Counted from the stretch's first letter, positions 46,468 through 56,279 are shown. The stretch is 64,000 nt of DNA from an uncultured bacterium (GCA_963977015.1 CAXBMO010000007.1:64001-128000), one strand, 5' to 3'. Made by a program: numbers and translations. The notes: generated by a model not told the origin, from the letters alone.

Positions 46468-47919
46468 TTAAGAAGCTCGCTGAAGGATGAGTTTTATGGC
46501 GCCCAGCAATCCGCGAATGCGATCGGAGAATTTTCGACTGTGGCCCATACGAACAAATTGAAGAAACAGTTGGTGGTCGGTTGGATGTTCCGCTTCCAGA
46601 TGCGGAGCCCAGGAATTTGAGCGGCGCTCAATCACGACCCGAGGTGTCGTGAATTCCAACAACCCTTCTTTGCCACGGGTCACGCCAAACCCACTGGTTC
46701 GACGTCCGCCAAAGGGTAAACGGGGATCCGCCGTCGGGGCAATCACGTCATTGATGGTTACGACTCCAGCGATAATATCCCTTTGCAGTCGATCCGCCGC
46801 GGCAACATCCTCTGAAAAAATGGAGACGCCGAGTGCGAAGCCGGACTCTCCGAGTAGGTCCAGAGCCTCTTCGTCGGAATCGACGATTTGCAACGCGGCA
46901 ACGGCTGCGAAATGATCCCCCAACCAAAGTGGTGAATCGCTAGGAACGGCATTGAGCAGCATCGGAAGGCGGGATTCTGCAGGAATGTAGTTTCCAGATA
47001 TAACTTTCGCGTTTGCCTCAATCGCAGACTTGATCACCGTTTCAAGTTTCCCCGCCAGACCGGCTTCGAACGCCGTCGATTTCAGACGTTCCGTCAAACT
47101 CTCCAGGACCTTCGGATAGATCTTCCGGTGAACAAAAATTCTTCGCGGAGCGATGCAGGTTTTACCGCGATTGACACTCAACCCAAAGCTAACCGCCTTG
47201 GCCACTCGCCCCGCATCCGCGTCAGCCCGAACAATCATCGCATCCATTCCTGACAACTCCATCGTGGCAGGAATGAGATGGGGCGCACAAGCGGACAAAA
47301 CCGAGCGTCCGGTCTCGCTGCCACCAGTCAAAAGGACTTTATCGACTCCACTTTTTAAGGCTTCGTCAGCGGCTTGAACACGTTCAGGAAGAATTTGCAA
47401 TAGGTTAGGAGGAAATCCGGCTTCCTCCATCCAACGTCCAAGGATTTGCGCTGGGCCGGAACAATTTGGAGCCGGTTTGAAGAGGACCGTATTCCCTGCA
47501 ACGGCGGCCTGAATCACTTGGGTTGCGCCGAGAAAAAAGGGATAATTGGATGGTGCCAAAATCAACACCACTCCCCACGGGGCTCTTTCGACCCGGCTCC
47601 GGGCGGCCCCGAGCCACCGTGGGCGCCCTCTGCCAGAAAGCTTTCTTGGCCGAAGAATCCGCGCCGCGTTGGCCTCCAAAAATTGACAGGCAGCAAAGAA
47701 CGGAAGCATTTCCGTAGCAACGATTTCAGCTTCCGAGACCGACCGGATCCGCTTGATTTCTTCGACGAGTTTCTCAACGGACTCTGTGGCCAGAAAACGC
47801 AGTTCCCGCAATTTTGCGGCACGATCCCCAACGGATTGAGAAGCCCACTTTTTCTGAGCGATTCGCGCCTCAGCGATGGCCTCCCCGATCAGCGAATCGA
47901 CTGGGGTATCATCAACCAT
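46468..47919 (-). CDS. Aldehyde dehydrogenase, probable diapolycopene-dial oxidase (AldH/CrtNc-like)
   Basis: PSNYP, KPA, ELSG, GKTCIAP, PFGG; sandwiched between the two crt genes. Confidence 0.8.
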   Translation of the reverse strand: MVDDTPVDSLIGEAIAEARIAQKKWASQSVGDRAAKLRELRFLATESVEKLVEEIKRIRSVSEAEIVATEMLPFFAACQFLEANAARILRPRKLSGRGRPRWLGAARSRVERAPWGVVLILAPSNYPFFLGATQVIQAAVAGNTVLFKPAPNCSGPAQILGRWMEEAGFPPNLLQILPERVQAADEALKSGVDKVLLTGGSETGRSVLSACAPHLIPATMELSGMDAMIVRADADAGRVAKAVSFGLSVNRGKTCIAPRRIFVHRKIYPKVLESLTERLKSTAFEAGLAGKLETVIKSAIEANAKVISGNYIPAESRLPMLLNAVPSDSPLWLGDHFAAVAALQIVDSDEEALDLLGESGFALGVSIFSEDVAAADRLQRDIIAGVVTINDVIAPTADPRLPFGGRRTSGFGVTRGKEGLLEFTTPRVVIERRSNSWAPHLEAEHPTDHQLFLQFVRMGHSRKFSDRIRGLLGAIKLILQRAS

Positions 47920-47920
47920 T

Positions 47921-49447
47921 TCAGGCAGCCGCGGGTTCGAGAGCCGGTGAACCCGATGGTTCACGGCGTGACACACCAAAATCATTAAACATCAAATCCG
48001 TTGTGATCCGAGCGCTCTCAAAGATAACGGGCAGCCCGCTTCCTGGATGGGTTCCTCCACCGACCAGATAAACGCCGTCAAGATCCTCAAAACGGTTCCG
48101 AGGCCTGAAATGAAGCATCTGATTGAGGCTGTGGGCCAAATTGAACGTTGCCCCAAGATGAATGTTGTATTGTGAGTCCCAATCGTCGGGAGTCACAACT
48201 CTCTCGTAGTTGATCCGTTCCTCAGCCACATCAAAACCGGCTTTGCGGATTTCCTGCATGACGCGATCGCGAAATGGCCTGCTTTCCTTATTCCAATCGA
48301 TATTTTTCGTCTGGTGTGGCACCGGAACCAGGACGTAGAGAGCTGAATGCCCCTTGGGCGCCAACGTAGGGTCAGTGACGCCAGCGTTTTGAACGTAGAA
48401 ACTTGGGTTCTTGCTCAAAACGAGCCTCTTTTCAATGTCCTTGAGGTTTCCTTCGTAGTCCTCGGAAATGTAGATGTTATGGTGAGGCAAATCGTATTCC
48501 CCCTCCACCCCGAGGTAGATCATGTAGGTCGAACAGCTAAACTGCTTTTTCCCGATCTTCCGGTTGGTCCAACGACGGCGAAGATTATCGGGGACCAGAC
48601 TGGTCATTGCGCGAGCAAAATCTGCATTCACAACGATGGAATCACAGTCATATTTCGCTTTGGAGGTTTGAACTGCGGTGACTCGTCGACCATTGAATTC
48701 CAAGCTCTCAACCGGCTCATCCAAGTGGATCTCAACTCCCAACTCTCCCGCGATCCTTGCCATTGCCTGGGAGATGGCGCCACAACCTCCGATCGGATGG
48801 TAAACCCCGTGCTCATATTCCAAAAACGACAGAATGGAAAAAAGACTGGGACAACGGAATGGGGACATTCCCAGATATTTCGACTGAAAACAGAAGGCCA
48901 GGCGAACGCGAGGATCGGAGAAAAATTTCTTCAGGTACGCATCGACCGACTGATGCGGGCGTAACATCGGCAACACACTAACCAATTCCTTTTGGAGCAA
49001 GTCGCTCCAACCCTGAAATGCCGACTGGAGAGCCGGAGTGAATCGCTTGAGCTTCTCGCGATTCTCGTCCATAAACCGGGAAAACCCACCTGCATCCGAG
49101 GGGCAAATCCCAGCGATCTGCCGCTCCATTTCCGCAATTTCCGGTGTTGCATCAATGTGGCCGCCCGCTCCAAACAGAATCCGATATTGAGGATCCAACC
49201 TGCGCATTTCGACCTCTTTGCGCAGGTTGTAGCCGACGTCCGCAAAAATTTCCTCGAGGATTTGCGGATACAGGAAAAAGGTCGGGCCCAGATCGAACTT
49301 GTAACCTTGATCTCCGAAAGTCGAAGTGCGCCCGCCAACGAATCCCTGACGTTCGACCACCCTTACCTGAAAGCCCCGCGAAGCGAGGAGCATCGCAGCG
49401 GACAACCCACCAGGCCCGGCGCCGACGATGACAATTGATTTAGACAT
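47921..49447 (-). CDS. crtN: CrtI-family desaturase, CrtN-like
   Basis: GAGPGG, FDLGPTF, FQSKYLGMSP, GGGTHPGSGLP. Confidence 0.8.
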   Translation of the reverse strand: MSKSIVIVGAGPGGLSAAMLLASRGFQVRVVERQGFVGGRTSTFGDQGYKFDLGPTFFLYPQILEEIFADVGYNLRKEVEMRRLDPQYRILFGAGGHIDATPEIAEMERQIAGICPSDAGGFSRFMDENREKLKRFTPALQSAFQGWSDLLQKELVSVLPMLRPHQSVDAYLKKFFSDPRVRLAFCFQSKYLGMSPFRCPSLFSILSFLEYEHGVYHPIGGCGAISQAMARIAGELGVEIHLDEPVESLEFNGRRVTAVQTSKAKYDCDSIVVNADFARAMTSLVPDNLRRRWTNRKIGKKQFSCSTYMIYLGVEGEYDLPHHNIYISEDYEGNLKDIEKRLVLSKNPSFYVQNAGVTDPTLAPKGHSALYVLVPVPHQTKNIDWNKESRPFRDRVMQEIRKAGFDVAEERINYERVVTPDDWDSQYNIHLGATFNLAHSLNQMLHFRPRNRFEDLDGVYLVGGGTHPGSGLPVIFESARITTDLMFNDFGVSRREPSGSPALEPAAA

Positions 49448-49523
49448 AAAAGGAGCCGGTCGTTGAGGTTGTGAGTTGGGGTCCCGCCCCTCTATCTATT
49501 CTCATTCCAATGCAAGGTCCAGA

Positions 49524-50495
49524 CTAGATTTGGATTCCTTCAGCCTCGATCACACGCTCGAGAGCCTGTTCAATGGAAGCTCGTGACGACGCGGTGGACT
49601 CGTGGAGATAGGCATGAAGTTGGGCATCCTCTGGACTTCGATTCTCACATTCGGCGCAATAAGCTTCGAATGCGGTTAGGCTGAAAAGTAGACTCGCTAG
49701 ATGCTGGGGACATTCACACTGAATGGAAGAGGAGACCTTGATCACCTTGGCGAGTTGTTGATCCGTAAACTTTCGAATTGGAATCGCAACGCCATCCGGA
49801 ACGACTTGAACGGGATAGTTTGTTGAAGGCTTTGAGAGTTGGACATCTGCGAGACAGGCCAACCGCAACTCCTCAGCGTTGACGGGACCACGGATGGCGG
49901 TAATCCCAGGTTTTCGGTGAAGGCTGTTCAATGTGATCGATTGAGCAAAGCCGTAAATCAGGATCACCCGCCGGGCACCGATGGAGTCCGAGAGCGTCTG
50001 AACCGCAGCCAAGGTATCGGGAAATACGGTTGGGCAACTGACCACCGCGATGTCCGCAACCATCGCCGGATCTGAGATCTTCACCTGCTCCAGGGTTGCA
50101 AACTGCGCCACGATTTCGAAATCCTCCAGTTTCCCGGAGTGGGATGCAAAGAGTGATTGAGCTGAAGATCCCACCACGACAACGCGGCAGACCTCCATCT
50201 CAACTTCCCCGAGGCGCGCGGCCTGGCCTATCCGATCATTGCGGAGGCGCTCCTCCAATTGCCCGGTGTCGAGCGGTGCGATCGTCCCAATTGAATGCCC
50301 GGCATCAGCGAGAGATTTCAAAAGCGTCAGGCGTCGAATGTCGGACCGGACATAAAACCGGCGGTTATTTTCCGACCTCTGCGGCTCGACGACTTGGTAG
50401 CGACTTTCCCAGGCCCGGATACAGTGCACCGTCAGTCCGGTTAGCCGAGCAACCGTGCCGATCTGAAACTGTTCTTCCTCATTGGGGTCACTCAT
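49524..50495 (-). CDS. MerR-family regulator (CarA/LitR-like HTH) with Cys/His-rich C-terminal domain
   Basis: IGTVARLTG...IRAWESRY..VEP.R...RRFY; C-terminal CECPQHL...YCAEC...H. Confidence 0.88.
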   Translation of the reverse strand: MSDPNEEEQFQIGTVARLTGLTVHCIRAWESRYQVVEPQRSENNRRFYVRSDIRRLTLLKSLADAGHSIGTIAPLDTGQLEERLRNDRIGQAARLGEVEMEVCRVVVVGSSAQSLFASHSGKLEDFEIVAQFATLEQVKISDPAMVADIAVVSCPTVFPDTLAAVQTLSDSIGARRVILIYGFAQSITLNSLHRKPGITAIRGPVNAEELRLACLADVQLSKPSTNYPVQVVPDGVAIPIRKFTDQQLAKVIKVSSSIQCECPQHLASLLFSLTAFEAYCAECENRSPEDAQLHAYLHESTASSRASIEQALERVIEAEGIQI

Positions 50496-50530
50496 CGCGT
50501 TCGTGGGATTTATTTAACCCTGCCTTAAGA

Positions 50531-51127
50531 TCAATCCTCGTCAACGAGCTCTGGCACCATTGTCCGCAGCTTGATGATTCCTCTGCGAATCCGAGCCTTC
50601 ACCGTTCCCAATGGCGTTCGAAGCCGTTCAGCAGCCTGACTTTGGGAGTATCCTGAGAAGTAGGTCATCTCAATTGCCTCCCGCTGCTCCAAACTCAGCT
50701 TCATGACCGCACTGCGCAGAACCTGCGCTTCCTCATCCTGTGCCACGTTTCTCAAGACATCCTGCTTCTCACGTATCATTTCGGGCTGAACCTCATCTTC
50801 GAGTTCGTCGCGGAGTTGGGCGCGACGCTGCTTGGATCGGAGACGATCGATTGCACGATTCCGTGCCATGGTCGCAAGCCACGTCTTCGGATTCCCGCGC
50901 TTGGAGTCAAACAACTGGGCCTTCCTCCAAAGATTGGTGAAGACCTCCTGGGCCACGTCCTCTGCGTCGTATCGATCGTTCAAAACACGGTAAGCGGTTC
51001 CGACGACGAGATTAAAAAGCTCTTTGTGAAGGATTTCGAACTGGTCGCGATCTCCCCGAGCGATTCCCTGCATTGCCACTTCAAGGTTAACGCCGGGGCC
51101 CTCATCTAGGTTTTGTGTAGCTTTCAT
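50531..51127 (-). CDS. ECF sigma factor (SigK/RpoE-like)
   Basis: DAEDVAQEVF..LWRKA, ARNRAIDRLR, PLGTVKARIRRG. Confidence 0.93.
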   Translation of the reverse strand: MKATQNLDEGPGVNLEVAMQGIARGDRDQFEILHKELFNLVVGTAYRVLNDRYDAEDVAQEVFTNLWRKAQLFDSKRGNPKTWLATMARNRAIDRLRSKQRRAQLRDELEDEVQPEMIREKQDVLRNVAQDEEAQVLRSAVMKLSLEQREAIEMTYFSGYSQSQAAERLRTPLGTVKARIRRGIIKLRTMVPELVDED

Positions 51128-51136
51128 GATAATGAT

Positions 51137-51190
51137 TGTTAAACATCAAACGACTCCATGTCTAGCTTTTTCTAGACACTGTCTACACAT
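51137..51190. promoter_or_regulatory. Candidate MerR (CarH/LitR-type) operator
   Basis: TAAACA 51140, TAGACA 51173, TACACA 51184 (11-bp phasing); TGTCTAG-N6-CTAGACA at 51159-51178. Confidence 0.6.
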
Positions 51191-51282
51191 TCTTCTTTTT
51201 CTGAATTTGAGAGGTTTCCATGTTTATCACGATTGACCGCCCTGCGGGTTTGACAGCAACGGGTCCATCACCACACTTCCTC

Positions 51283-52650
51283 ATGCTTCAAAACCTCTTT
51301 GCCGCGACCTGTCTCTGGGCGCTTACTACTGTTGGCCTTTGGGGGCAAAACACCCCGCCAAACATCGTCATGATCATTTCAGATGATCAAAGCTGGACCG
51401 ACTATGGATTCATGGGCCACGACGTCATTCAAACGCCGCATTTGGACGCACTGGCGGCTGAAAGCGCGACGTTCACGAGAGGTTACGTCCCCACGGCTCT
51501 GTGTCGCCCCTCCCTGGTGACGTTGGTCAACGGCCTCTATACGCACCAACACAAGATCAGCGGGAATGATCCTGCTCATTCGCTCGCGGATCCGAAGCGT
51601 CAAAAGGAGAAATATGCCGAGCTGCGAGCCCAGGTGATCTCTCATATCGACCATCAGCCAACGGTTCCGCAGATTCTTGGCAAGAAGGGCTATTTGAGCC
51701 ATCAAAGCGGGAAATGGTGGGAGGGAAATTTCTCCAGGGGAGGATTCACCCACGGAATGACGAGAGGATTCCCCAACCCCGGAGGACGCCATGGCGATGA
51801 CGGCTTGAAGATCGGAAGAACAGGGATGCTTCCCGTTTTCAACTTCATCACGGAAGCAACCATGGAGAAAAAGCCCTTCTTTGTCTGGTATGCGCCGTTT
51901 CTCCCTCACACACCCCACAACCCTCCTCAACACATTCTCGACAAGTATCGTCAACCGGACCGGAGCGAGTTTGTCGCGAAATACTACGCCATGTGTGACT
52001 GGTTTGATGATACCTGCGGGCAGCTTGTCCAGTTTCTGGATGAGAAGAACCTTCGCGAGAACACCTTGATCGTCTATGTGACCGACAATGGCTGGATTCA
52101 GAGCGAGAAAAGTGGCAAATACGCTCCCCGCTCCAAACAAAGCGCCAACGAAGGAGGAACCCGGACTCCAATCATGTTTAACTGGCCAGGGAAGATCAAG
52201 CCAGGTCTACGTTCCGATCTTTGCAGCAGCATCGACATTGTCCCGACCATGCTGAGTGCGGCAGGCGCCAAGATTCCATCCAACCTCCCGGGCCTCGATT
52301 TGATGCCGGTGCTGAAAAGCGGTGCCCCCATTCAACGCGACACCATTTTCGGCGAAGGATTTGCGCACGACATCGCCAACATCGAGACTCCCGAGGACTC
52401 TCTCCTGTATCGTTGGGCTATCGAAGGGAAATGGAAGCTTCTACTGACCTACGATGGCAAGGTTGGACGTTATGCTTCTTCCCACCCTCGTTCAGAAAAG
52501 CGCCCACAACTTTATGATGTTCTTTCCGATCCCGACGAAACGGTGAACGTCGCCAGCCAACATCCAGAGGTCGTTGCCCGATTGGCGAAGAAGTTGCAGA
52601 ACTGGTGGCCGGTTAAGGAGCGCAAGACAATCTCCGAGTGGAAGGAATAG
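51283..52650 (+). CDS. Secreted formylglycine-type sulfatase
   Basis: PNIVMIISDD, LCRPSL (CxPxR variant), GKW, PHTPH, TDNG. Confidence 0.9.
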   Translation: MLQNLFAATCLWALTTVGLWGQNTPPNIVMIISDDQSWTDYGFMGHDVIQTPHLDALAAESATFTRGYVPTALCRPSLVTLVNGLYTHQHKISGNDPAHSLADPKRQKEKYAELRAQVISHIDHQPTVPQILGKKGYLSHQSGKWWEGNFSRGGFTHGMTRGFPNPGGRHGDDGLKIGRTGMLPVFNFITEATMEKKPFFVWYAPFLPHTPHNPPQHILDKYRQPDRSEFVAKYYAMCDWFDDTCGQLVQFLDEKNLRENTLIVYVTDNGWIQSEKSGKYAPRSKQSANEGGTRTPIMFNWPGKIKPGLRSDLCSSIDIVPTMLSAAGAKIPSNLPGLDLMPVLKSGAPIQRDTIFGEGFAHDIANIETPEDSLLYRWAIEGKWKLLLTYDGKVGRYASSHPRSEKRPQLYDVLSDPDETVNVASQHPEVVARLAKKLQNWWPVKERKTISEWKE

Positions 52651-52761
52651 GTCCAAATTTCCAAGGACGCTACGATCCCGTCAACCACGCGAGCATTCGC
52701 GGCTTTCCGGTGCCGTACATCTGGTAAAATTTGGTAGGTTATCGCGACCGTCCATCGATAC

Positions 52762-52792
52762 AAAAAGGCCTCTCCTGAATTCAGGAGAGGCC
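52762..52792 (-). terminator. Rho-independent terminator of the Gfo/Idh/MocA gene
   Basis: Perfect palindrome GGCCTCTCCTGAATTCAGGAGAGGCC with T5 on the minus strand. Confidence 0.85.
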
Positions 52793-52835
52793 GCTTGAGA
52801 AAGATCTATTGGCCTGACTCAACGCTGAACGACGG

Positions 52836-54197
52836 TCACAGTGACCAGCCGTCCCGATAATCGTGGTTCGCCCACTTATCGACATCCGCGTTGCCGGTCT
52901 TCATCGTTTCAGGGTCGTACGACACTTTGGTGCCATCGCCAGCCAAGGCTGCGTTGCAACCAACGAGCATCAACTCAGTCAGGTGGGAACCGACATCGAA
53001 ATTGGATTTCGCCATGCTGGGATCTCCCGCCTTGCAGCCTTCGACCCACTCTTTGTAGTGGCCAGGAGAACGCTCCTCGGTCTTCTCCGGCTGCTGGAAC
53101 GAATCCTTGTTCGTGAGAATGCGCGGGGCACCACCGTGGCTGCCATGCATCATGACGTGTTTGCTACCGTAGTAGACACATCCGTTGGAGATGTTCTTTT
53201 CGAGATTACCGTCCTTGTCTTTGCCGTCCAAACCAGGAGGACGAGGAATTTGATAGGTCTTGCCGTCGAACCAGACCAACTTGATGGCGGGACGATCAGC
53301 CGTAGCCGCGAAATGATACGTGATTTTGCAGGAACGCGGATGGGTGTACAACTCGCTGCCAGGGGTCTGGCGATCGATTTTCACCTCCACGGTTTCCGGC
53401 ATTCCCAGCCCAAAGGCCCATACCGGGTGATCAATGATGTGGGCCCCCATGTCGCCGAGAGCACCAGTGCCGTAATCGATATATCCTCTCCACTTGAATG
53501 GAGCAATTCCGTCTGCATAAGGCTTGAATTCGACGGGTCCAATCCAGAGATCCCAATTGATGTTGTCTGGAGCGGGTTTGGCCGGGCCGCGCAGAACATC
53601 CTGAGGCCAGACCGGGCGGTTCGTCACACAATGGATCTCCGTAATTTCCCCAAGTGAGCCAGAGCGGATGTATTCGTTCGTCCGCCTTGCTCCTTCAGCA
53701 GCATGCCCGGTATTGCCCATTTGCGTGACTACTCCAGCTTCGCGAGCAGCATCGCGGAGGGCGCGCGCTTCGGAAATCGTGCGGGTCAGCGGTTTTTCAC
53801 AGTAAACATGTTTGCCCAATTTCAGGGCCGCCATGGCAGCTACGGCATGGGTGTGATCCGGTGTCGAAACCACAACCCCATCAATGTTGTCGGCCTCTTT
53901 CTCCAACATCTCACGATAGTCCGTGTAGAATTTGGCCTGCGGGTTTTCTCCAACCTTCTTCGCGCTCTTGGCTGTATCAACGTCACAAAGTGCATAGATG
54001 TTCGCGCCCGCAGATTTGCAGCCGTTGATATTCGCTTCGGCACGGCCACCTGCGCCAACGAATGCGAGATTCAACTTCTCATTCGGCGACTGGCTGAAGA
54101 CGTGACTTGGCAGGATCTGAATCGACGCCGCCGTTGCAACGGAAGTTCCGAGGAAGTGACGGCGGGAGAGTTTGGAAGGTTGGGTTTTATTCGACAT
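52836..54197 (-). CDS. Tat-exported Gfo/Idh/MocA oxidoreductase
   Basis: SRRHFL Tat motif, STPDHTH, HVYCEKPL, GDMGAHIID. Confidence 0.92.
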   Translation of the reverse strand: MSNKTQPSKLSRRHFLGTSVATAASIQILPSHVFSQSPNEKLNLAFVGAGGRAEANINGCKSAGANIYALCDVDTAKSAKKVGENPQAKFYTDYREMLEKEADNIDGVVVSTPDHTHAVAAMAALKLGKHVYCEKPLTRTISEARALRDAAREAGVVTQMGNTGHAAEGARRTNEYIRSGSLGEITEIHCVTNRPVWPQDVLRGPAKPAPDNINWDLWIGPVEFKPYADGIAPFKWRGYIDYGTGALGDMGAHIIDHPVWAFGLGMPETVEVKIDRQTPGSELYTHPRSCKITYHFAATADRPAIKLVWFDGKTYQIPRPPGLDGKDKDGNLEKNISNGCVYYGSKHVMMHGSHGGAPRILTNKDSFQQPEKTEERSPGHYKEWVEGCKAGDPSMAKSNFDVGSHLTELMLVGCNAALAGDGTKVSYDPETMKTGNADVDKWANHDYRDGWSL

Positions 54198-54243
54198 AGG
54201 TAATTTTTCAAGGTTAGGCTCGATCGAGCAGCCTACCCAACCT

Positions 54244-54819
54244 ATGGAACCCATTCTTGTCAAACACAGCAAATTCCTCAGTTTGGTTTTGCGCCACCAC
54301 CCGGAATCCATCGGGCTGACGCTCGATGAAAACGGATGGGCCCGGGTTGAGGATCTCTTGGAACAAATGAACAAATCCGGACGCTCGATCGACCGGAAAA
54401 CCTTGCTCCGAGTGGTCGCCACCAATGAAAAACAACGCTTTGCGATCAGTGACGATGGACTTCGAATCCGGGCTAACCAAGGGCACTCTTTCCCGGTTGA
54501 CCTGGCGCTTGAGCCGCAAACGCCGCCTGATTGCCTGTGTCACGGAACGGCGGAGCGAAATCTGGATTCCATCCTGGAGCGCGGAATTTTGCCAGGGCAA
54601 CGCCAACAGGTCCACCTCAGCAAAAACCATGAAACCGCTCTCAAGGTCGGGATGCGGCATGGCAGACCAATCGTCCTCATGGTGGATTCCGGGACCATGC
54701 ACCAACAGGGGCACGAATTCTTCCTATCCGAGAACGGAGTCTGGCTCACAGAGAGCGTCCCACCGGAATTCGTTAGCATCCAAACGGACGAACAACAAAG
54801 TCAGACCAACTTTACATAG
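54244..54819 (+). CDS. kptA: RNA 2'-phosphotransferase (KptA/Tpt1)
   Basis: SKFLSLVLRH, KQRF, IRANQGHS, HGT, VHLS, NGVWL. Confidence 0.95.
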   Translation: MEPILVKHSKFLSLVLRHHPESIGLTLDENGWARVEDLLEQMNKSGRSIDRKTLLRVVATNEKQRFAISDDGLRIRANQGHSFPVDLALEPQTPPDCLCHGTAERNLDSILERGILPGQRQQVHLSKNHETALKVGMRHGRPIVLMVDSGTMHQQGHEFFLSENGVWLTESVPPEFVSIQTDEQQSQTNFT

Positions 54820-56279
54820 GGCATCAGCCCCTGAAGGCCACCTTCCCGCCCAAAGCCACTCTCTTTGTAACCTCCAAATGGACTCGCCGGATCAAACTGG
54901 TTGAACGTGTTCGCCCAAATGATTCCGGCCTTGAGTTCCTGAGCCATTTTGAGAATCCGGCTGCCTTTCTGGGTCCAAACGCCGGCGCTAAGCCCATAAA
55001 ACGTGTTGTTGGCGCGCTGGACGGCCTCATCCGGCGTCCGAAAGGTCAGAACACTGAGGACAGGCCCAAAAATCTCTTCCTGCGCTACGCGATGGGACGC
55101 GGTCACCCCCGTAAAAAAGCTCGGCTTGAACCAAAATCCGGAATCCGGAAGATCACAGTTGGATTGGATCAACTGCGCCCCCTCTTCCTCGCCAGCTGCG
55201 ACCAATTCCTGAATCCGCACGAGCTGCTCGCCAGAGTTGATCGCGCCAACATCCGTGTTCTTGTCGAGCGGATTCCCCACGCGCAGGGTTCGCAGCCGGT
55301 TGGTGAGCAGGCGAACGACCTCGTCATGAATTCCTTCCTGAACGAGCAGGCGACTGCCAGCACAACACACGTGACCTTGATTGAAGTAGATTCCGTTGAT
55401 GATCCCCTCAACCGCCTGATCGAGAGGCGCATCTTCAAACACGATATTGGCGGCCTTGCCACCCAGCTCAAGCGTGAGGCGCTTCTCCGTCGGAGCAATG
55501 GCTTTGGCGATCTTCTTCCCGACTTCAGTCGATCCGGTAAACGCGATCTTGTCGATATCCGGATGACCAACAATCATTTCCCCAACGTCCCCAGCTCCGG
55601 TCACGATATTGACGACCCCTTTGGGCAACCCGGCATCCCGGAAAATTTCGGCAAGATGCAGCGCAGTGATCGAAGTGGTCTCCGCGGGTTTGATGACGAC
55701 CGTATTTCCGCAGGCAAGGGCTGGAGCAATCTTCCAAGCCATCATGAGCAAGGGGAAATTCCACGGAATGATCTGGCCGGCAACTCCAAGGGGCTTGGCC
55801 TTTTGCGGCCCCGGGAACGCGTAATCCAGTTTGTCCGCCCAGCCCGCGTAGTAGAAGAAGTGCGCAGCGACCAACGGCAGATCAATATCACGGCTCTCCT
55901 TGATCGGCTTGCCATTGTCCATCGTCTCCAGAATGGCAAGTTCCCTGGCCCGCTCCTGAATCATTCGGGCGATCCGAAAGAGATACTTCCCACGTTCACG
56001 AGGCGAAGTTTTGCCCCACTTGCCTTTGTAGGCGGCCCTCGCCGCCGCAACCGCAGCATCGACATCCAGATTGCCCGCCCTGGCGATTTTTGAGAGCGGC
56101 TTTCCGGTTGCCGGATTGATCGTCTCAAACGTCTTCCCGCTCTTCGCAGGGACGAATTCACCGTTGATCCATAAATCGTAGGATTTCCGAAGCGGGACAG
56201 GGGTCGTTTCCGGTGCGGGATCGTAATCCCATGCTGAACCAAAATTCAGCGAGTGTTCTGAGGTGACTGGCTCGTGCAT
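54801..56279 (-). CDS. NAD+-dependent aldehyde dehydrogenase
   Basis: IPWNFP, FTGSTEVG, LELGGK, NQGHVCCAG, EEIFGP, PFGGYKESG. Confidence 0.93.
   Translation of the reverse strand: MHEPVTSEHSLNFGSAWDYDPAPETTPVPLRKSYDLWINGEFVPAKSGKTFETINPATGKPLSKIARAGNLDVDAAVAAARAAYKGKWGKTSPRERGKYLFRIARMIQERARELAILETMDNGKPIKESRDIDLPLVAAHFFYYAGWADKLDYAFPGPQKAKPLGVAGQIIPWNFPLLMMAWKIAPALACGNTVVIKPAETTSITALHLAEIFRDAGLPKGVVNIVTGAGDVGEMIVGHPDIDKIAFTGSTEVGKKIAKAIAPTEKRLTLELGGKAANIVFEDAPLDQAVEGIINGIYFNQGHVCCAGSRLLVQEGIHDEVVRLLTNRLRTLRVGNPLDKNTDVGAINSGEQLVRIQELVAAGEEEGAQLIQSNCDLPDSGFWFKPSFFTGVTASHRVAQEEIFGPVLSVLTFRTPDEAVQRANNTFYGLSAGVWTQKGSRILKMAQELKAGIIWANTFNQFDPASPFGGYKESGFGREGGLQGLMPYVKLV

Noticed and set aside
49524-50495. 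Calling the MerR CarH/LitR
   Set aside because: B12-binding motifs are absent
52836-54425. ORF-track N-terminal extensions (Gfo/KptA head-to-head overlap; also 2475, 12958, 36671, 37057, 44201, 62468)
   Set aside because: Downstream starts match family N-termini or signal peptides and remove the overlaps
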